Source of the DNA: Octopus vulgaris
Lineage: Eukaryota
Assembly: GCA_951406725.2 (NCBI GenBank)
Contig: OX597823.1
Location: forward strand, 69,130,001-69,194,000
Direction: 5' to 3'
DNA length: 64,000 nt
Positions 26,661-39,109 of this stretch are shown here, one piece after another; position 1 is the stretch's first letter; each line of letters opens with the position of its first letter. Under the pieces are notes generated by a model, which saw only the letters and a list, made by a program, of their open reading frames with translations, did not search any database and was not told the DNA's origin. A program made the translations under genes and the position numbers.

Positions 26661-27749
26661 ATTGGTTATCACCACCATCAAGATACAAATCTTTAATCTG
26701 TCAAATCATTATTGGATAGTTATTGATCAATTATCTATTGAATTCAGACCTAAGACCAACAGTCTAAATACTTAAGAAAATTTGCTTTTGGTCCCTCTAT
26801 ATTTTTATTTAAACTCTTTGTTGACCAAGTCACTACTTTCCATTTAGTACATCTGGAGTTCAATGAAATAGCTATCTATATGTTACTTCATCCTGTTGTT
26901 AGTGTTGTTGTTATGGTGATATTTTACATCTTTATTTCATTTTAATATGTTAGAAACAGTGCAGCTATTTGGCTGCAACACAATTTCATTGCATGCCACC
27001 TTGTTTGATGGCTGAAATTTTATTTTGTTTGGAAACATTAAAATCTCAGCTATTCATGTGTTTTCAAATCAAAAATAAAATTGCACCCATCAAGCAAAGG
27101 AGGCTGCAATGGGAATGCATAGTGTTCAAGTGGTTTCAATAATTATAACACGTGAAAGCTGAAATGAGCCATGAATTTCACAATAGTGCTATGCCATGAT
27201 TATAATCAAAACACTTAACACCCAAATGCTGAATCTGTATAACTATGAATTGACAAAACTATGGTGTATAGTTCACCCACGAACAGATTAAGTGTAATTG
27301 ACAATCTAAGCACAGCTCCAAGGAATCTTGAATATTTTTTCTCTAACAAGTAAAGCATTAAAATATTATGTGCTGAAAGAAACAATAAAAAATTCAGTTT
27401 TTATTCCAGGCTGCCTTCAAGGCAATACCCCACAACTATGTTCAATATATTTTAAATTTTATCTAAACACTAAATAACAGAAAGTAATATAGGAAGATTA
27501 TTTACATACAACCAAAGCAACATGGAAAAATTTTCAACACTTATCTGTTGATCACTGGTTGAGCTGCAGTATTCCCTTCATTGTAAATCATACAACTTGC
27601 AAAAGCTCTGTGATGCTTCCTTCTCTTGGTGCTCTAAGCATGTACTCACTTTGCTAAATGGTTACTTTAGGTTTACTAAGCTACTGCAATACTGTAAAAT
27701 TTGACTAGTGATTTCTGAGCTTGCACCACCAGCACCATCATCATCATCA

Positions 27750-27975
27750 GCAGTAGCCATTCCAGAATTTGGACCTGGAGATCTCCATTTCCAGCGACTT
27801 CAAGGGCTACCTCCCAGTGGTGTTGGGTGTCAACGAAGAGCCCTCGACTACAAGATGACCAAAGTTTTTTTTTTCCAAGGTCTGGGGTCTTCCGCCCCTA
27901 AGCCCTAGATTATCATCTAATCGCCCTTACCCATCTCGTTGCTTAACAACAACAAAAACAACAACAACAGCAGCA
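27750..27975 (+). repeat. ~200-bp direct repeat, copy 1, ending in (CAA)n
   Basis: ccagaatttggacctggagatctccatttccag..ccaaggtctggggtc..gttgcttaacaacaac. Second copy at 28568. Confidence 0.85.
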
Positions 27976-28567
27976 GCAGCATCACTACCACCATCAATAC
28001 CATTACTGCCTCAGCAGCAATAGCATTTACTTTTCTGTGTAGTGTAAATTGGATAGTTTCTTTGAGGCAGTGATTTATGGCAGAATGCTCATCCTATAGC
28101 CACTTCTTACATCAAGGAGGAATGCCTACTTCTCTAAAGCTTTCATCACAATGCAGTGTGTAAATTTTGTTTGCTCAGATAACTGATAATCCGTTCTTAT
28201 AAAAAGAAGCAAGGTTGAATAATCCAGTGTTTCAAAGAAAAGCAGTTACAAAAGAAAGACTAACAGAAATATTAGGGTCACTTTCATTATGTATACTCTG
28301 CCCATGACAAGAATTAGCGTTACATTTGAAGATATCAATTTATTATTGAGCTAACAAAAGAATCTATAAGTGACGATAGAACCTGCTATAAGTGACGATA
28401 GAACCTCTTAAAAAAGAGGAAACATTAGATGTAATAGTCTAAATATACTGTTCATGGAAAAAAGGTAGGGAAGTCATAGTTTGAATGTCTTTGGTCATAA
28501 GTCTGTTTGTTGAGAGCTGATATGGCTCTAAACAACAACAGCAACAACAACAACAACAACAGCAGCA

Positions 28568-28790
28568 GCTGTCCAAGAATTTGGACCTGGAGATCTCCAT
28601 TTCCAGTGACTTCCAGGGCCACCTCCCAGTGGTGTCAGGCATCAACGAAGAGCCCTCAACTACAACAAGATGACCAAAGTTTTTTTTCCAAGGTCTGGGG
28701 TCTCCCGCCCCTAAGCTCTAGACCATCAACTAATCACCTTTATCTGTCTTGTTGCTTAACATCAACAACAACAACAACAACAGCAGAAGC
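28568..28790 (+). repeat. ~200-bp direct repeat, copy 2
   Basis: Colinear with 27750-27975, with the same 5' start and (CAA)n end. Confidence 0.85.
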
Positions 28791-28799
28791 AGCAAGGAA

Positions 28800-29150
28800 A
28801 TTAAGATAAAGATCTTTTTGTATAAGTTTACTTTTCCTGTCTACATAAACCTTATCTGGTGTGTCATGGATTTCAAGAATTTTAGCAAATACTTTTGAAG
28901 TGGCAGCATTTTCTAAAATTTCTGATTGCATGTCTAAATAATTAGATGAGGCTTTAAAGCTGTTTGACTTTGGAATCTTTTCTGCCATTTACAACTCACA
29001 TCATCTCATGGCATAACAACAAGATCTGCTAGAATTTTTTCCAGTTTATTCTATTCATTCTAAAGTTAATATTATTCTCCTTTAATCACCAAACATGAGC
29101 TGTTGTTTTTTCTTGTCATGAAGGAAGCACTGTGCATCTGTGCTTGAAAC
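28800..29150 (-). pseudogene. Possible hAT (DUF4371/ZMYM1-like) transposase remnant
   Basis: SFMTRKKQQLMFGD ... FKASSNYLDMQSEILENAATSKVFAKILEI resembles the 'FLxxQxLxFRG' and 'SxxIQNEII..V...I..EI' motifs. Weak match. Confidence 0.3.
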
Positions 29151-29504
29151 TTGTATCATCTTTCTTCCATTCCTACATAGCATTTGGTATTAGTTCATCT
29201 GTTTAGATGGGATGGGTAAGATGTCTATCTTTTATTTACACACACACACACACACACACATGCACACTCACACTCTCTCTTTCTTATACATACATGCACA
29301 AATTTAAATTTATTTAATTATTTATTCAAAACCAAGTTTCATTCTGCCTTTTCTCTAAGCTTCCCATATATTTCTTCATTGTGACACACACCAATGACAG
29401 CTCTGAACCTTATGAAGGAGATGACAGAGGACCGAAATATATGGCTCGTTGTTGTGCTCAAGAAGACCTCCCCTCTACAACAGAATTGAGATCCTAAAAC
29501 CAAG

Positions 29505-29770
29505 GTGTCACATAAAACGCCTTAGTGTAATTGCTGGTGCCACATAAAAAGCACTGATGCTGGTGCCACATAAAAAGCACTGATGCTGGTGCCACATAAA
29601 AGGCACTTGTGATTGTGCCACATGAAAAACAACCAGTATACTCTGTAAAGTGGTTGGTGTTAGAAAGGGGCATCCAGCTGTAGAAAACAGACTATGGAGC
29701 CTGGTGTGGCCCCTTGCCTTTCCAGTTCTTGTCAAGCCATCCAACCCATGCCAGCTTGGAAACCGGATGT
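29505..29770 (+). mobile_element. SINE family C with tandem ggtgccacataaaaagcac units
   Basis: Four to five short units, then gtggttggtgttagaaaggggcatccagctgtag and ccaacccatgccagc. Confidence 0.8.
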
Positions 29771-31459
29771 TCGGCTTGTTCTCTGATATCCTACTGACCT
29801 AACCATTAGTGCTGTCTTAATGCACTCTATGCAATGTCAAAAAAACTAGCATGTAGCAAAATTTTAGGCAGGCCTGCCAAAATCCTAAGTCCAAGAGAAT
29901 TTTGCTTTCAAAACTTTCACTGTGCTATTGAATATATCATTATATAAAAGATTTGCTAAGGGCTTATATAAACTCGTTATATACTTCTCATTATAAATGA
30001 GTAGAGTGCTCTTGCACAGTTATAAGAAATTTTCATTTTCTAACTCTAAATACAAACATTTTCATCCAGTGGTCAAAGTGTAATGGTCTAATTGTAGACT
30101 AATGAAAGGCTAAATTTAATGGTCAAATCATATGGATGTAGTAATTACAAACTACTAGTTTGGTTATTGCAAATGGTAAATAAGAAATTGTGTTGTATCT
30201 AAAAGAAAATATTTCATTACTTATGAAGGACTAAGGGAAGAAGTAAATGGCTGAACTAGTAGAATGGCAACAGATTACAAACTTGTACTATGAAGCGAGT
30301 TGAGAGAAGGCTTGATTTATGTATAGGAATATAATTTATTGCTATATATACACAGAAAGTTTTCTTGCAATACAAGCAAAGGGGTATTCAGATGAAACAA
30401 TGTAAATGACAAGAGCAGAAAGTCTTCATCAGAAATACAATATTTGGGCAAATTTTTAAACATCAGTACATATCCCTGTTGCCATTGTGGTTAAAAGATG
30501 GGTGAATGTAGCAAGGATGGCACGTGTGAATGATGGAGCCAGCTTGAGCATAATCCTATGAACCAAGAGAAAAAAAGAAAAAATGAAAGGAAAAAAGAGA
30601 GCTACTTACTGTAATGTGTTTTCTTTTTGCATGACACTATTGCCCAAGGTTCCCGTGGTCTTTTCCGCAGGCTTTTCTATCCACGGACAAACCTAATATG
30701 CTTTCCCTTTTTACATTGATATTTCTGTGATACACAATCCTCATTCATCGGCCCCACTTTTTTTCTTGATCCCTTTTGATCGGAATTTGACCACTTCTAT
30801 TTTTTTTCTTTCTCTTCTTCACTTCTGTGTTCAGCTCTGCATGGCCAATAAAGAAATCTACCACGCAAGGTTGAATATGTAGCTGTGAAAACAACTATGT
30901 CTTGTGAGTGAAGGCCATCAACAACCAGAATCATTCTGAGGCTTACACGCTCAAATGCTCTGTAATTGTAGGCTCTGTTCATGGAATGTTCTAGTCATGC
31001 CATCAGACTATCACATGAACAACAATTGGGTTTGCACACATGATCAGCTTGTGATTTCTATGTGGCAAATGGGTTGAATCCAACTCCAATAACTATTTTA
31101 ATTTCCCATTTTTAAGTTCTGATTCAAATTTTGCTGAGGCCAATCTTAACTTGCATCTTTGTAGAGGTTGATAATATAAAGTGCCAATCACATGCCAAGT
31201 TGATTTAATTGACTGTTCCTTCTCCCCAAATCTGTGGTCTGTGCTCAAGTTACAAATAATTGCTTACTAATTTGTAAATATACATTTTTTTTTGTAGTTC
31301 AGAGTCTAACTTTACTTGCAAATGACCGCAGATACAGGAGAATTAGTAGCACATATATGTAAGGAACTGTAGTACATCAACCATACCGAAGCTTGCTGCC
31401 TTATGTGTCTTATAATGTGAGAAGCTGAGTCTCACAGAAGTGATGACAAATAACTGAGA

Positions 31460-31720
31460 TTTTAGACAACTTGCTGTGCTTGAAAAGACATGTCAATCTG
31501 AGTGAAATCATTGTCATGGCCAGTGCTAGTGACACATAAGAGGAACCTGTACTGGTGACACATAAAAGCACCTGGTACACTCTGTGAAGTGGTTGGCATT
31601 AGGAAGGGTATCCACCTGTAGAAACCAAACCAAAACAGACTGGAGCCTGCTGCAGATTTCCAGCTTACCAATACCAGTTAAACCATCTAACCTATGCCAG
31701 CATGGAAATGATGATGATGG
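31460..31720 (+). mobile_element. SINE family C
   Basis: ggtgacacataaaagcacc..gtggttggcattaggaagggtatcc..ctatgccagcatggaaa(tga)n. Confidence 0.75.
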
Positions 31721-31821
31721 TGGTGGTGTTGGTAGTGGTGATGACAATGATGATTGGATCTCTGTTGTTTTCTATGATGAGTATTCATTTGTTCAATCAA
31801 CTGAACTACCTGCATTTGAAT

Positions 31822-32118
31822 GGCACATAGCCTAATGGTTAGAGCAGCGGACTTGCGGTCTAGGGATCGCAGGTTCGAATCTCAGACTGGGTGATGTGTG
31901 TGTTTATGAGCAAAACACCTAAGCTCCATGTGGCTCCGGCAGAAGGTAATGGCAAACTTCTGCTGCCTCCTTTGCCACAACTTTCTCTCACTCTTTCCTC
32001 CTGCATCTTGCAGCTCACCTGTGACGGACTGGTATCCTGTCCAGGTGGGGAACCTATATGCCAAGGAAACTGGGAAACCGGCCCTTATGAGCCAGGGATG
32101 GCTCGAGAAGGAACAAAC
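31822..32118 (+). mobile_element. SINE family D
   Basis: ggcacatagcctaatggttagagcagcggacttgcggtctagggatcgcaggttcgaatctcagac, a tRNA-like head with A and B boxes. Confidence 0.85.
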
Positions 32119-33494
32119 AAAAAAAAAAAAAAACCTTTGAATGACTGAACAGTCCATTGATATGTGCATTCCCAAAATAATTCTCAGATAGAATCAACAT
32201 GACAGTGTGACAAAACTAAGCTTTTAAATTATAGGTACAATCCATCTGACAGGCTCTCATTATCTCTGTCTACTCAGATTCTTTCACAAGGCTTGGGTAG
32301 AACTGAAGCTGTGACAACAGACACCTGTAGAAATTGCCCTGCAGTAGAAATGAACCCAGAACTTTGTGATTGTTCATCAAACTTCTAAAACATTCAGCTA
32401 TGCAGTGTCCATATATTTTGTAATGTTTAAATGTTCTGAAATGTGAAGATGTTACTGTTTAACAAAATATCTGTTGAATACATGATTCCAGCATTTAAAT
32501 TTAGAAATATTGATTTTTACAAGCACACACTTGTATGGGAAGAATATAATAAAATTATATGTTGGTGGTAGTTGGTTTAGTAACTTACATGTAATGAAAG
32601 ACAAAATCGACTCTAGCAGATTTTGAGTTGAAAAATCCAGAGATCAAATGCTATAAAAAAAAGAAGAAAAAACTTATACCAGTATTCTGTCATTTCAAAT
32701 ACTCCACTACACTTCCTAAACTTCCTAAACTATAAGACAGATTTGGCATAGATTTTAAAATGTGTATCAATATAAGAAAGAACAAATAGTTTCAAAATAG
32801 ATTCATTGAATTACTTCACTAGTTTGTTCAGGATCATGAAAACATAAATTGAAAAACTCTTTTGAAATATATTTTTTTAGATATACATCCCTTCTCAATG
32901 TATAGTTAGATTTGGCCTGTTATCATAATTAACCTATAAACCATTTATTTCTTTAAAGCAACTGAATTTAATTTTTTTTTTTTGTCAAGCGGTTTAATGT
33001 TTAGCATAAAATGTATGCTAACACATGCATAAACATTACTTCAAAGGAACACATTTGTCTTTTTTTATTCTTTATACCACAAATAATTTCGAATTTTAAA
33101 TTTGCCAAAAGGTTCATTTGATCGGCAGCTCATTTTAGCATTGTGTGGCTGACAGATAACATTACCATGAATTAATCTCTGTGAAGGTGAATTCCCTATG
33201 TTTTGGTACCTATTTACAATAGGTGGGTGATAGGTGATGTGAAACATGTTGGGTAAAATGTCCTGCTTTGCATGGGAACAATGTATTTTGCAATAAATGT
33301 GCAATACTTGCTATATTGCACTCCTGTCAGTTGACTAGTTTTTAGTTTTCTTAGCCACTCATCAGTGAAAGAATCGATGTTCTGTTCATGGATTGATTAG
33401 TAACTTATCACTGTATATCAAGTATGTAAATCAGAAGTCAGATAAACTGCATGTTGTACACTATGAGTGAATAATGGTTTCTATAATATTGATT

Positions 33495-33695
33495 TAAAAT
33501 TTTGGCACAAGGCCAGCAAGTTTAGGGGATTGGGTAAGTTGATTACATCAACCCCAGGACTCAAATGGTACTTATTTTATTGACCTCAAAAAGATGGCAG
33601 ACTTAGGTCGACCCCAGCAGAATTTTAAGTCAGAACATAAAAATGGCCAAAATGCTACTAACCAGCATGCTAACAAGTCTGCCAGCTTGCCACAT
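33495..33695 (-). mobile_element. SINE family A
   Basis: tttggcacaaggccagc..ggtacttattttattgacc..gtcgaccccagcagaatt..ctgccagcttgcc. Confidence 0.8.
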
Positions 33696-33974
33696 TACTG
33701 GTGTCTATAATATTATTAGATGTTAATGGTACAAATGAGTAATTTAAGTTTAGACAAGTTTTTGCAATATTAGATTTAACATTGAATGATAGCAGGTATG
33801 TCAACCACATAACATTGTGGTGTGTTTCCTTAGTTTTGTGGTAATGTTTATGTGATTAGATAATGTAATATTTAAAGTTAATAATGTGTTAGAATAGTAG
33901 GGGTTTGCATTATCAATGATTTTCTCATTGGGCAACAGATGGGAAGTCCTTCTATCAGTATTATTGATGAAGAT

Positions 33975-34178
33975 GGGGTGAGCTGGCAGAAATGTTAGCA
34001 TGCTAGGCAAAAGGCTTAGTGGTATTTTGTCTGTCTTTATGTTCTGAGTTCAAATTCCACTGAGGTCGACTTTGCCTTTCATCCTTTTAGGGTCAATAAA
34101 TTAAGTACCAGTTGATCTAATCAACTGGCCTCCTCCCTAAAATTTCGGGCTTTGTGCCTAGAGTAGAAAAGAATATTA
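33975..34178 (+). mobile_element. SINE family A, full length
   Basis: ggtgagctggcagaaatgttagcatgc..gttctgagttcaaattcc..gtgcctagagtagaaaagaatatt. Confidence 0.9.
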
Positions 34179-34242
34179 CTGATGGAGTTCCTAAAAATTA
34201 GTTGATCGAAATGAAACAACATTTATGTAAATGAGCAGCAAA

Positions 34243-34455
34243 GGCAGTGAGCTGGCAGAATCGTTAGCACACAGAGCAAAATGCTAAGTGGCATTTCGTC
34301 TGTCTTTACATTCTGAGTTCAAATTCCACTGAGGTTGACTTTGCAGGTCATCCCTTTGAGATCAATAAAATAAGTACCATGTGAGCACTGGAGTTTATGT
34401 AACTGACTTGCCCCTTCTCCAAAATTACTGGCCTTATGCCAAAATTTGAAATCAA
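34243..34455 (+). mobile_element. SINE family A, full length
   Basis: ggcagtgagctggcagaatcgttagcac..ggccttatgccaaaatttgaaa. Confidence 0.9.
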
Positions 34456-34467
34456 CTAAATGAGCTA

Positions 34468-35003
34468 TTGGGTTGTTTGGAAAGTTCTTGCCGATTTATA
34501 GTAGCTTACATTTCGACTTATTTTAGAACATGGTTGAGTCCATAAAATAGGATTTGACTACACCTCCATTTAGAGCACAGTTTAAGCTATCTTTCCGTGG
34601 AAGAAGATTTATATTCCTATAACCTGTGTTAATTCTGTAACCCTTTAAAATGGAAGATAAGAACGTTCATTTTCGGCACTTGATGCTTTGGGAACCAGAC
34701 AAAAATTGCTGCAGCTCGGCTGGAATGTGTTACCCAACCGTCCATATTCACCAGATATTGCTCTTTCGGATTTCCACTTATTCAGGTCTCTGCAGAATAG
34801 TATTAATGGTATGGTAAAAATTTCAATTCCTTGGATGACATAAAAAGATATCTTGATGAATTATTTGCCATGAAACCACCTCAATTCTGGGAAGACGGTA
34901 AAGTTAAAGGAAAGATGGACACGCATTGTGCATCAAAATGGTTCATATTTGGTTGATTAAAAATGTAATGGCAAGTATTTATTGACCTTTTTCCTTCCTT
35001 TTA
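34468..35003 (+). mobile_element. Mariner (DD34D-type) internal-deletion derivative
   Basis: TA|TTGGGTTGTTTGGAAAGTTCTTGCCGATTT 5' TIR. C-terminal transposase LGWNVLPNRPYSPDIALSDFHLFRSLQN..FWEDG..ERWTRIVHQNGSYLVD*. 3' TIR not found. Confidence 0.85.
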
Positions 35004-35549
35004 AAGAGCTTATTTGAGAGAGTAGTTACATCTAAAGCAACATCAGATAAGTTAACTGAAGTTAAATTTAGCTGCTACATATATTTTGGTGCCTAAATAT
35101 TTAAATGAGTGGATAGCAATCTTTCTTAATGAGTTCGATACATTATATTTGGTATATCTAAACCACCATCTCTGTATCTTTGAAAATATCATAGCCTATC
35201 ATAGTAAAGTTCTGGTTAAATACATTTAAGACACATCTGCTTATAAGGTCACATATCACTGCACTAGTAGATGACATCATATTTACAATAAAAGAGCATT
35301 TTAGGTTAGAATATCTTTTGATTACTTTAGTAGGCCTTACCAAAATAATGTCTTACTGACTAATAGTTTCAAGGATAAAATTATCTACTCACCTATAAAA
35401 AATTGCCATGATATAATAATTCATAAATCTATTTTCACTCAGTGTTAATAAATAAACACTTCTCGCCAGAGTACAAATATAGTAAGCTTTTAACAGGTTT
35501 AACAATAAGTTAAGCTAAAGTTGCACTGTGGAATGATGGTAGTCAGTAA

Positions 35550-35908
35550 TTTTAGAGGAAGGGTAAGTCAATTATATTGACCCCAGTGTTCAACTGGTAC
35601 TTATTTCATCAACTCCAAAATGATGAAAGGCAAAGTTGACCTTGGCAGAATTTGAACTCAGAACCTAAAGACAAACAAATGATAGCCAATATATTCTTTT
35701 CTACTCTAGGCACAAGGTTCGAAATTTCAGAGGAGGGGCCAGTTGACAAGATCTACCCCAGTACACAACTGGTATTTAATTTATAGACCCAAAAGGAAGA
35801 AAGGCAAAGTCAACCTCGGCAGAATTTAAACTCAGAACATAAAGACAGATGAAATACCACTAAGAATTTTGCCTGGTATGCTAACATTTCTGCCAGCTCA
35901 CCACCTTT
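35550..35908 (-). mobile_element. Two adjacent SINE family A copies
   Basis: Two gaaaggcaaagt(t/c)(g/a)acct..gaactcagaac modules. gatagccaatatat flanks the second copy on both sides (probable TSD). Confidence 0.85.
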
Positions 35909-37007
35909 GATAGCCAATATATTAAAACACCAGAATGTACCATAGATCATTCTGTTCTATGTTCTGTCACTTGGCAGGTACTTCACTCTTGGAAGTTGAA
36001 ATTTTGATGTAGTTAAGTTTATTTTTTTTCCTTATTGCCAAAGTTGATAAAATAATTACATTATCAAGACAATGATCGCACCTCCAGATGTCTGTTCTCC
36101 TGGTTAATTACCTGCATAGGTCTACAACATCTAGATAATTCCCACTCACCTGACAATTGCTTCCTGGACCATTTCTCCTAATTAAGAGAAAGTACAACTA
36201 TGAGAGTGCAGAAAAATAATTAATAAAACTAATTAAGGTGTTTATATTCATGTATGTATGAACACAATAATTAATAATTACATAATTAAAAATTATATGT
36301 ATTTTTAGAGACATAATTACATTAATATAATTAATTTAAGAACATATATTTTTATTGTGGGATAATTTTTCTTATTGGTTAGCAGATAAAACATGAAAAT
36401 AAAATTAGGATTAACTTTATTAATAATTATATGCATTCCTATAGTGGTGCTGTTTTAATTTTTCTTTCATTTGCAGAAATTGTCCTGGAAGAAATTATCT
36501 AAGGAAATTGTTCTAGAACCAAACTTTATGTGTTACAATAAAATATGAAATGGATAAATGAATAAATCCCTTGATTACACTAATATTAGTTTTGAACTTA
36601 AATTCACAGCAAACCTCTCGTTATGTTGACGTTATTATTGTTCTGTCTCATGTCAGGCTTGTCCAGCAGAACTTTGACCCAAGACTGCGTTCGAAGGCGT
36701 TCCAGCCTTGATATCCTATTCTTTACCATAACTTTCCACAACCAAAATCACATTGTCCACAATACTCCACTTTCTTTTTTTTAGGCTATATAAATATCTC
36801 TTAGGAAGATATTTAGGTAATGTTTCTAGCATGTCAAAGGGCATTTTAAAGACTCCTTCATTGACTTGCTGCTTTTTATGCTTCTTAATAGAGAGCTTTA
36901 CACTTTGCATCTCTGTACACTGATTGAATACTTCTGTGGGACTCATTTGATACTTAAATAATCTGTGTTTCCTTGATGTTCAAATCAATATTACTGTTTA
37001 TCTCTTA

Positions 37008-37216
37008 AGGCAGCTAGCAACCAGAATCGTTAGCATGCCAAGCAAAATGCTGCTAAGCATTTTGTCCTTCCTTCAGTTCAGAGTTCAAATTTCCCCAAGG
37101 TCAACTTTACCTTTCATCCTTCCAGGGTTGATAAAATAAGTACCAGTTGAGCATTGGGATTGAGATAATCAACTTACCTCCTTCCCCAAAATAGCTGGCC
37201 TTGTGCCAAAATTTGA
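37008..37216 (+). mobile_element. SINE family A
   Basis: cagaatcgttagcatgcc..gagttcaaatt..ggccttgtgccaaaatttga. Confidence 0.8.
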
Positions 37217-39109
37217 GGTTTCTTAGTGGATGAAACTGAAATGTATACTATCTTTTCAATCATTTGGATTTTTGTGAAAATGATTTGCAGTATGCAATTG
37301 CATTCACTTATGTTCTGAGTTCAAATGCAGCTAGAGGTGACTTTTGTTTTTCATGCTTCTGAGGTCAATAAAATATGTATCATATAATCCATTTACTGAG
37401 CTGAGGTTAGCCATTGATTCATTTCACTAAAGCTGTGCCTTTGAGCCTGTTCTCTGATTCAGCAGACAATAACTACACCATAAAATTCAGCTAAATTCCC
37501 TGCTAGATGACACCAGAGTCATGTTGAATACATAACTATATCAACTAGCAACAGAAATATTGCACCATTAATGTTAGCTTTGCCAAGGAAAAATGATTCT
37601 ATGATATTGATATTATTTTAATGAGATCTTAACTTGGGTTTTGATTCATTTCAATTCTATGCAAGGAAAATATTCCCCATGTGAAAAAATTTGAATAAGA
37701 AAAGTTTTTATATCCAAAGGTAGCATTTCAGTTTGGCCTACGATGTGATATGATTAAAACAAACTAAAAAAACTAAAAGATATATTACTAAATACACATA
37801 TTTTTAGAATTATACATTTTGAGCAAATGCCTTTAGGAAACATTTCAAAATGTTGAAATGGTAACAAAAGAAAATTCATATTAGAAGAAACCATTTCTAT
37901 GTCAACATGAACATTCTGCTTTGGATATGATGTAGTTCATTGTATCTTTGAATTGCTTTTAAGTTTTGAAATTTTGTTTAGCTTCCCTATAGTTTTCTTT
38001 TTTCTTTTAAGGCTGTCAAATATTTCTCTGTATTTTTGCATGCATTTTATATTTTGAGTAATGGATGTTGAGGTGGTTAAATCACTTCACTTCATAATTA
38101 ATTAAAAATTATTAAGGCATCGTAATGTAGATAAGGGACATCTAAAAACAAACATGCTATTTACTTTTTTTAAAAATCTATGATTTCTACCAAAATGTTT
38201 GCCATATTTTTTTTTTGAGGTTTTCAAATTAGATGCAGACCTTTAAATACTAGGATTACACAAAAATGTATTGTTTTTATGAATGATTACTCTTCTTTAA
38301 GTCTAAACAGTATTATCTAGTGCCAAAGTGTTGTGCATTGCATTAGAATGCTCTACATATTTCTTTCCCCAGAATAAATCTATATAACATTAATTCATTT
38401 ATTACATGTTGAAAGTACATTGTTCACCACATAAGTAATCTTTATTTTCAGAAGATGTAGAAGCTGAAATATTTCCCTTAGTAAAGTGTTGTTCCAAAAA
38501 AATAGCATTTCTATTTGTAACATATCGATTTGGGATTTGAAAACTAAGAAATAAATTATAGAGTTATTGTATTTGAAATAGCTACAATATGACGACCTGA
38601 GGTAGGAAATAAGAGCATACAAGTTTTCATATTGTTATTTCTTGTGTCATTATGTCAGATGTGTGGTTATGTGGTTAAAAAGCTTGCTTTGCAAATACAT
38701 AGTATCAGGTTAAATCTCTCTGTATGGTACCTGGGATAAGTGGCTTTTTTTAAACAATAGCTCATAGCTGACCAATATAAGGGTCAATGGAGGAAAACTG
38801 TAAGAAGCCCATTATATGTGAATGTGTGTGTCTGTGTGTGCACATACATAGGTGTGTGTGCATGTATGCATACTCTTTTATTCTTTTACATGTTTCAGTC
38901 ATTTGACTGTGACCATGCCGGAGCATTGCCTTTAGTCGAGCAAATCGACTCCAGGACTTATTCTTTGTAAGCCTAGTACTTATTCTATTGGTCTCTTTTC
39001 ATGAACCACTAAGTTACGGGGACGTAAACACACCAGCATCGGTTGTCAAGTGATGTTGGGGGGGACAAACACAGACACACAAACATATACACACACCTAC
39101 ATATATATA

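Noticed and set aside
27750-28790. LTR pair of a TRIM/LTR element
   Set aside because: No TG..CA ends, PBS, PPT or TSD was seen, and the interior contains unrelated repeats.
31822-31895. tRNA gene (also other SINE heads at 44774, 57719 and 60402)
   Set aside because: A and B boxes are present but continue into SINE bodies without a proper acceptor stem or terminator.
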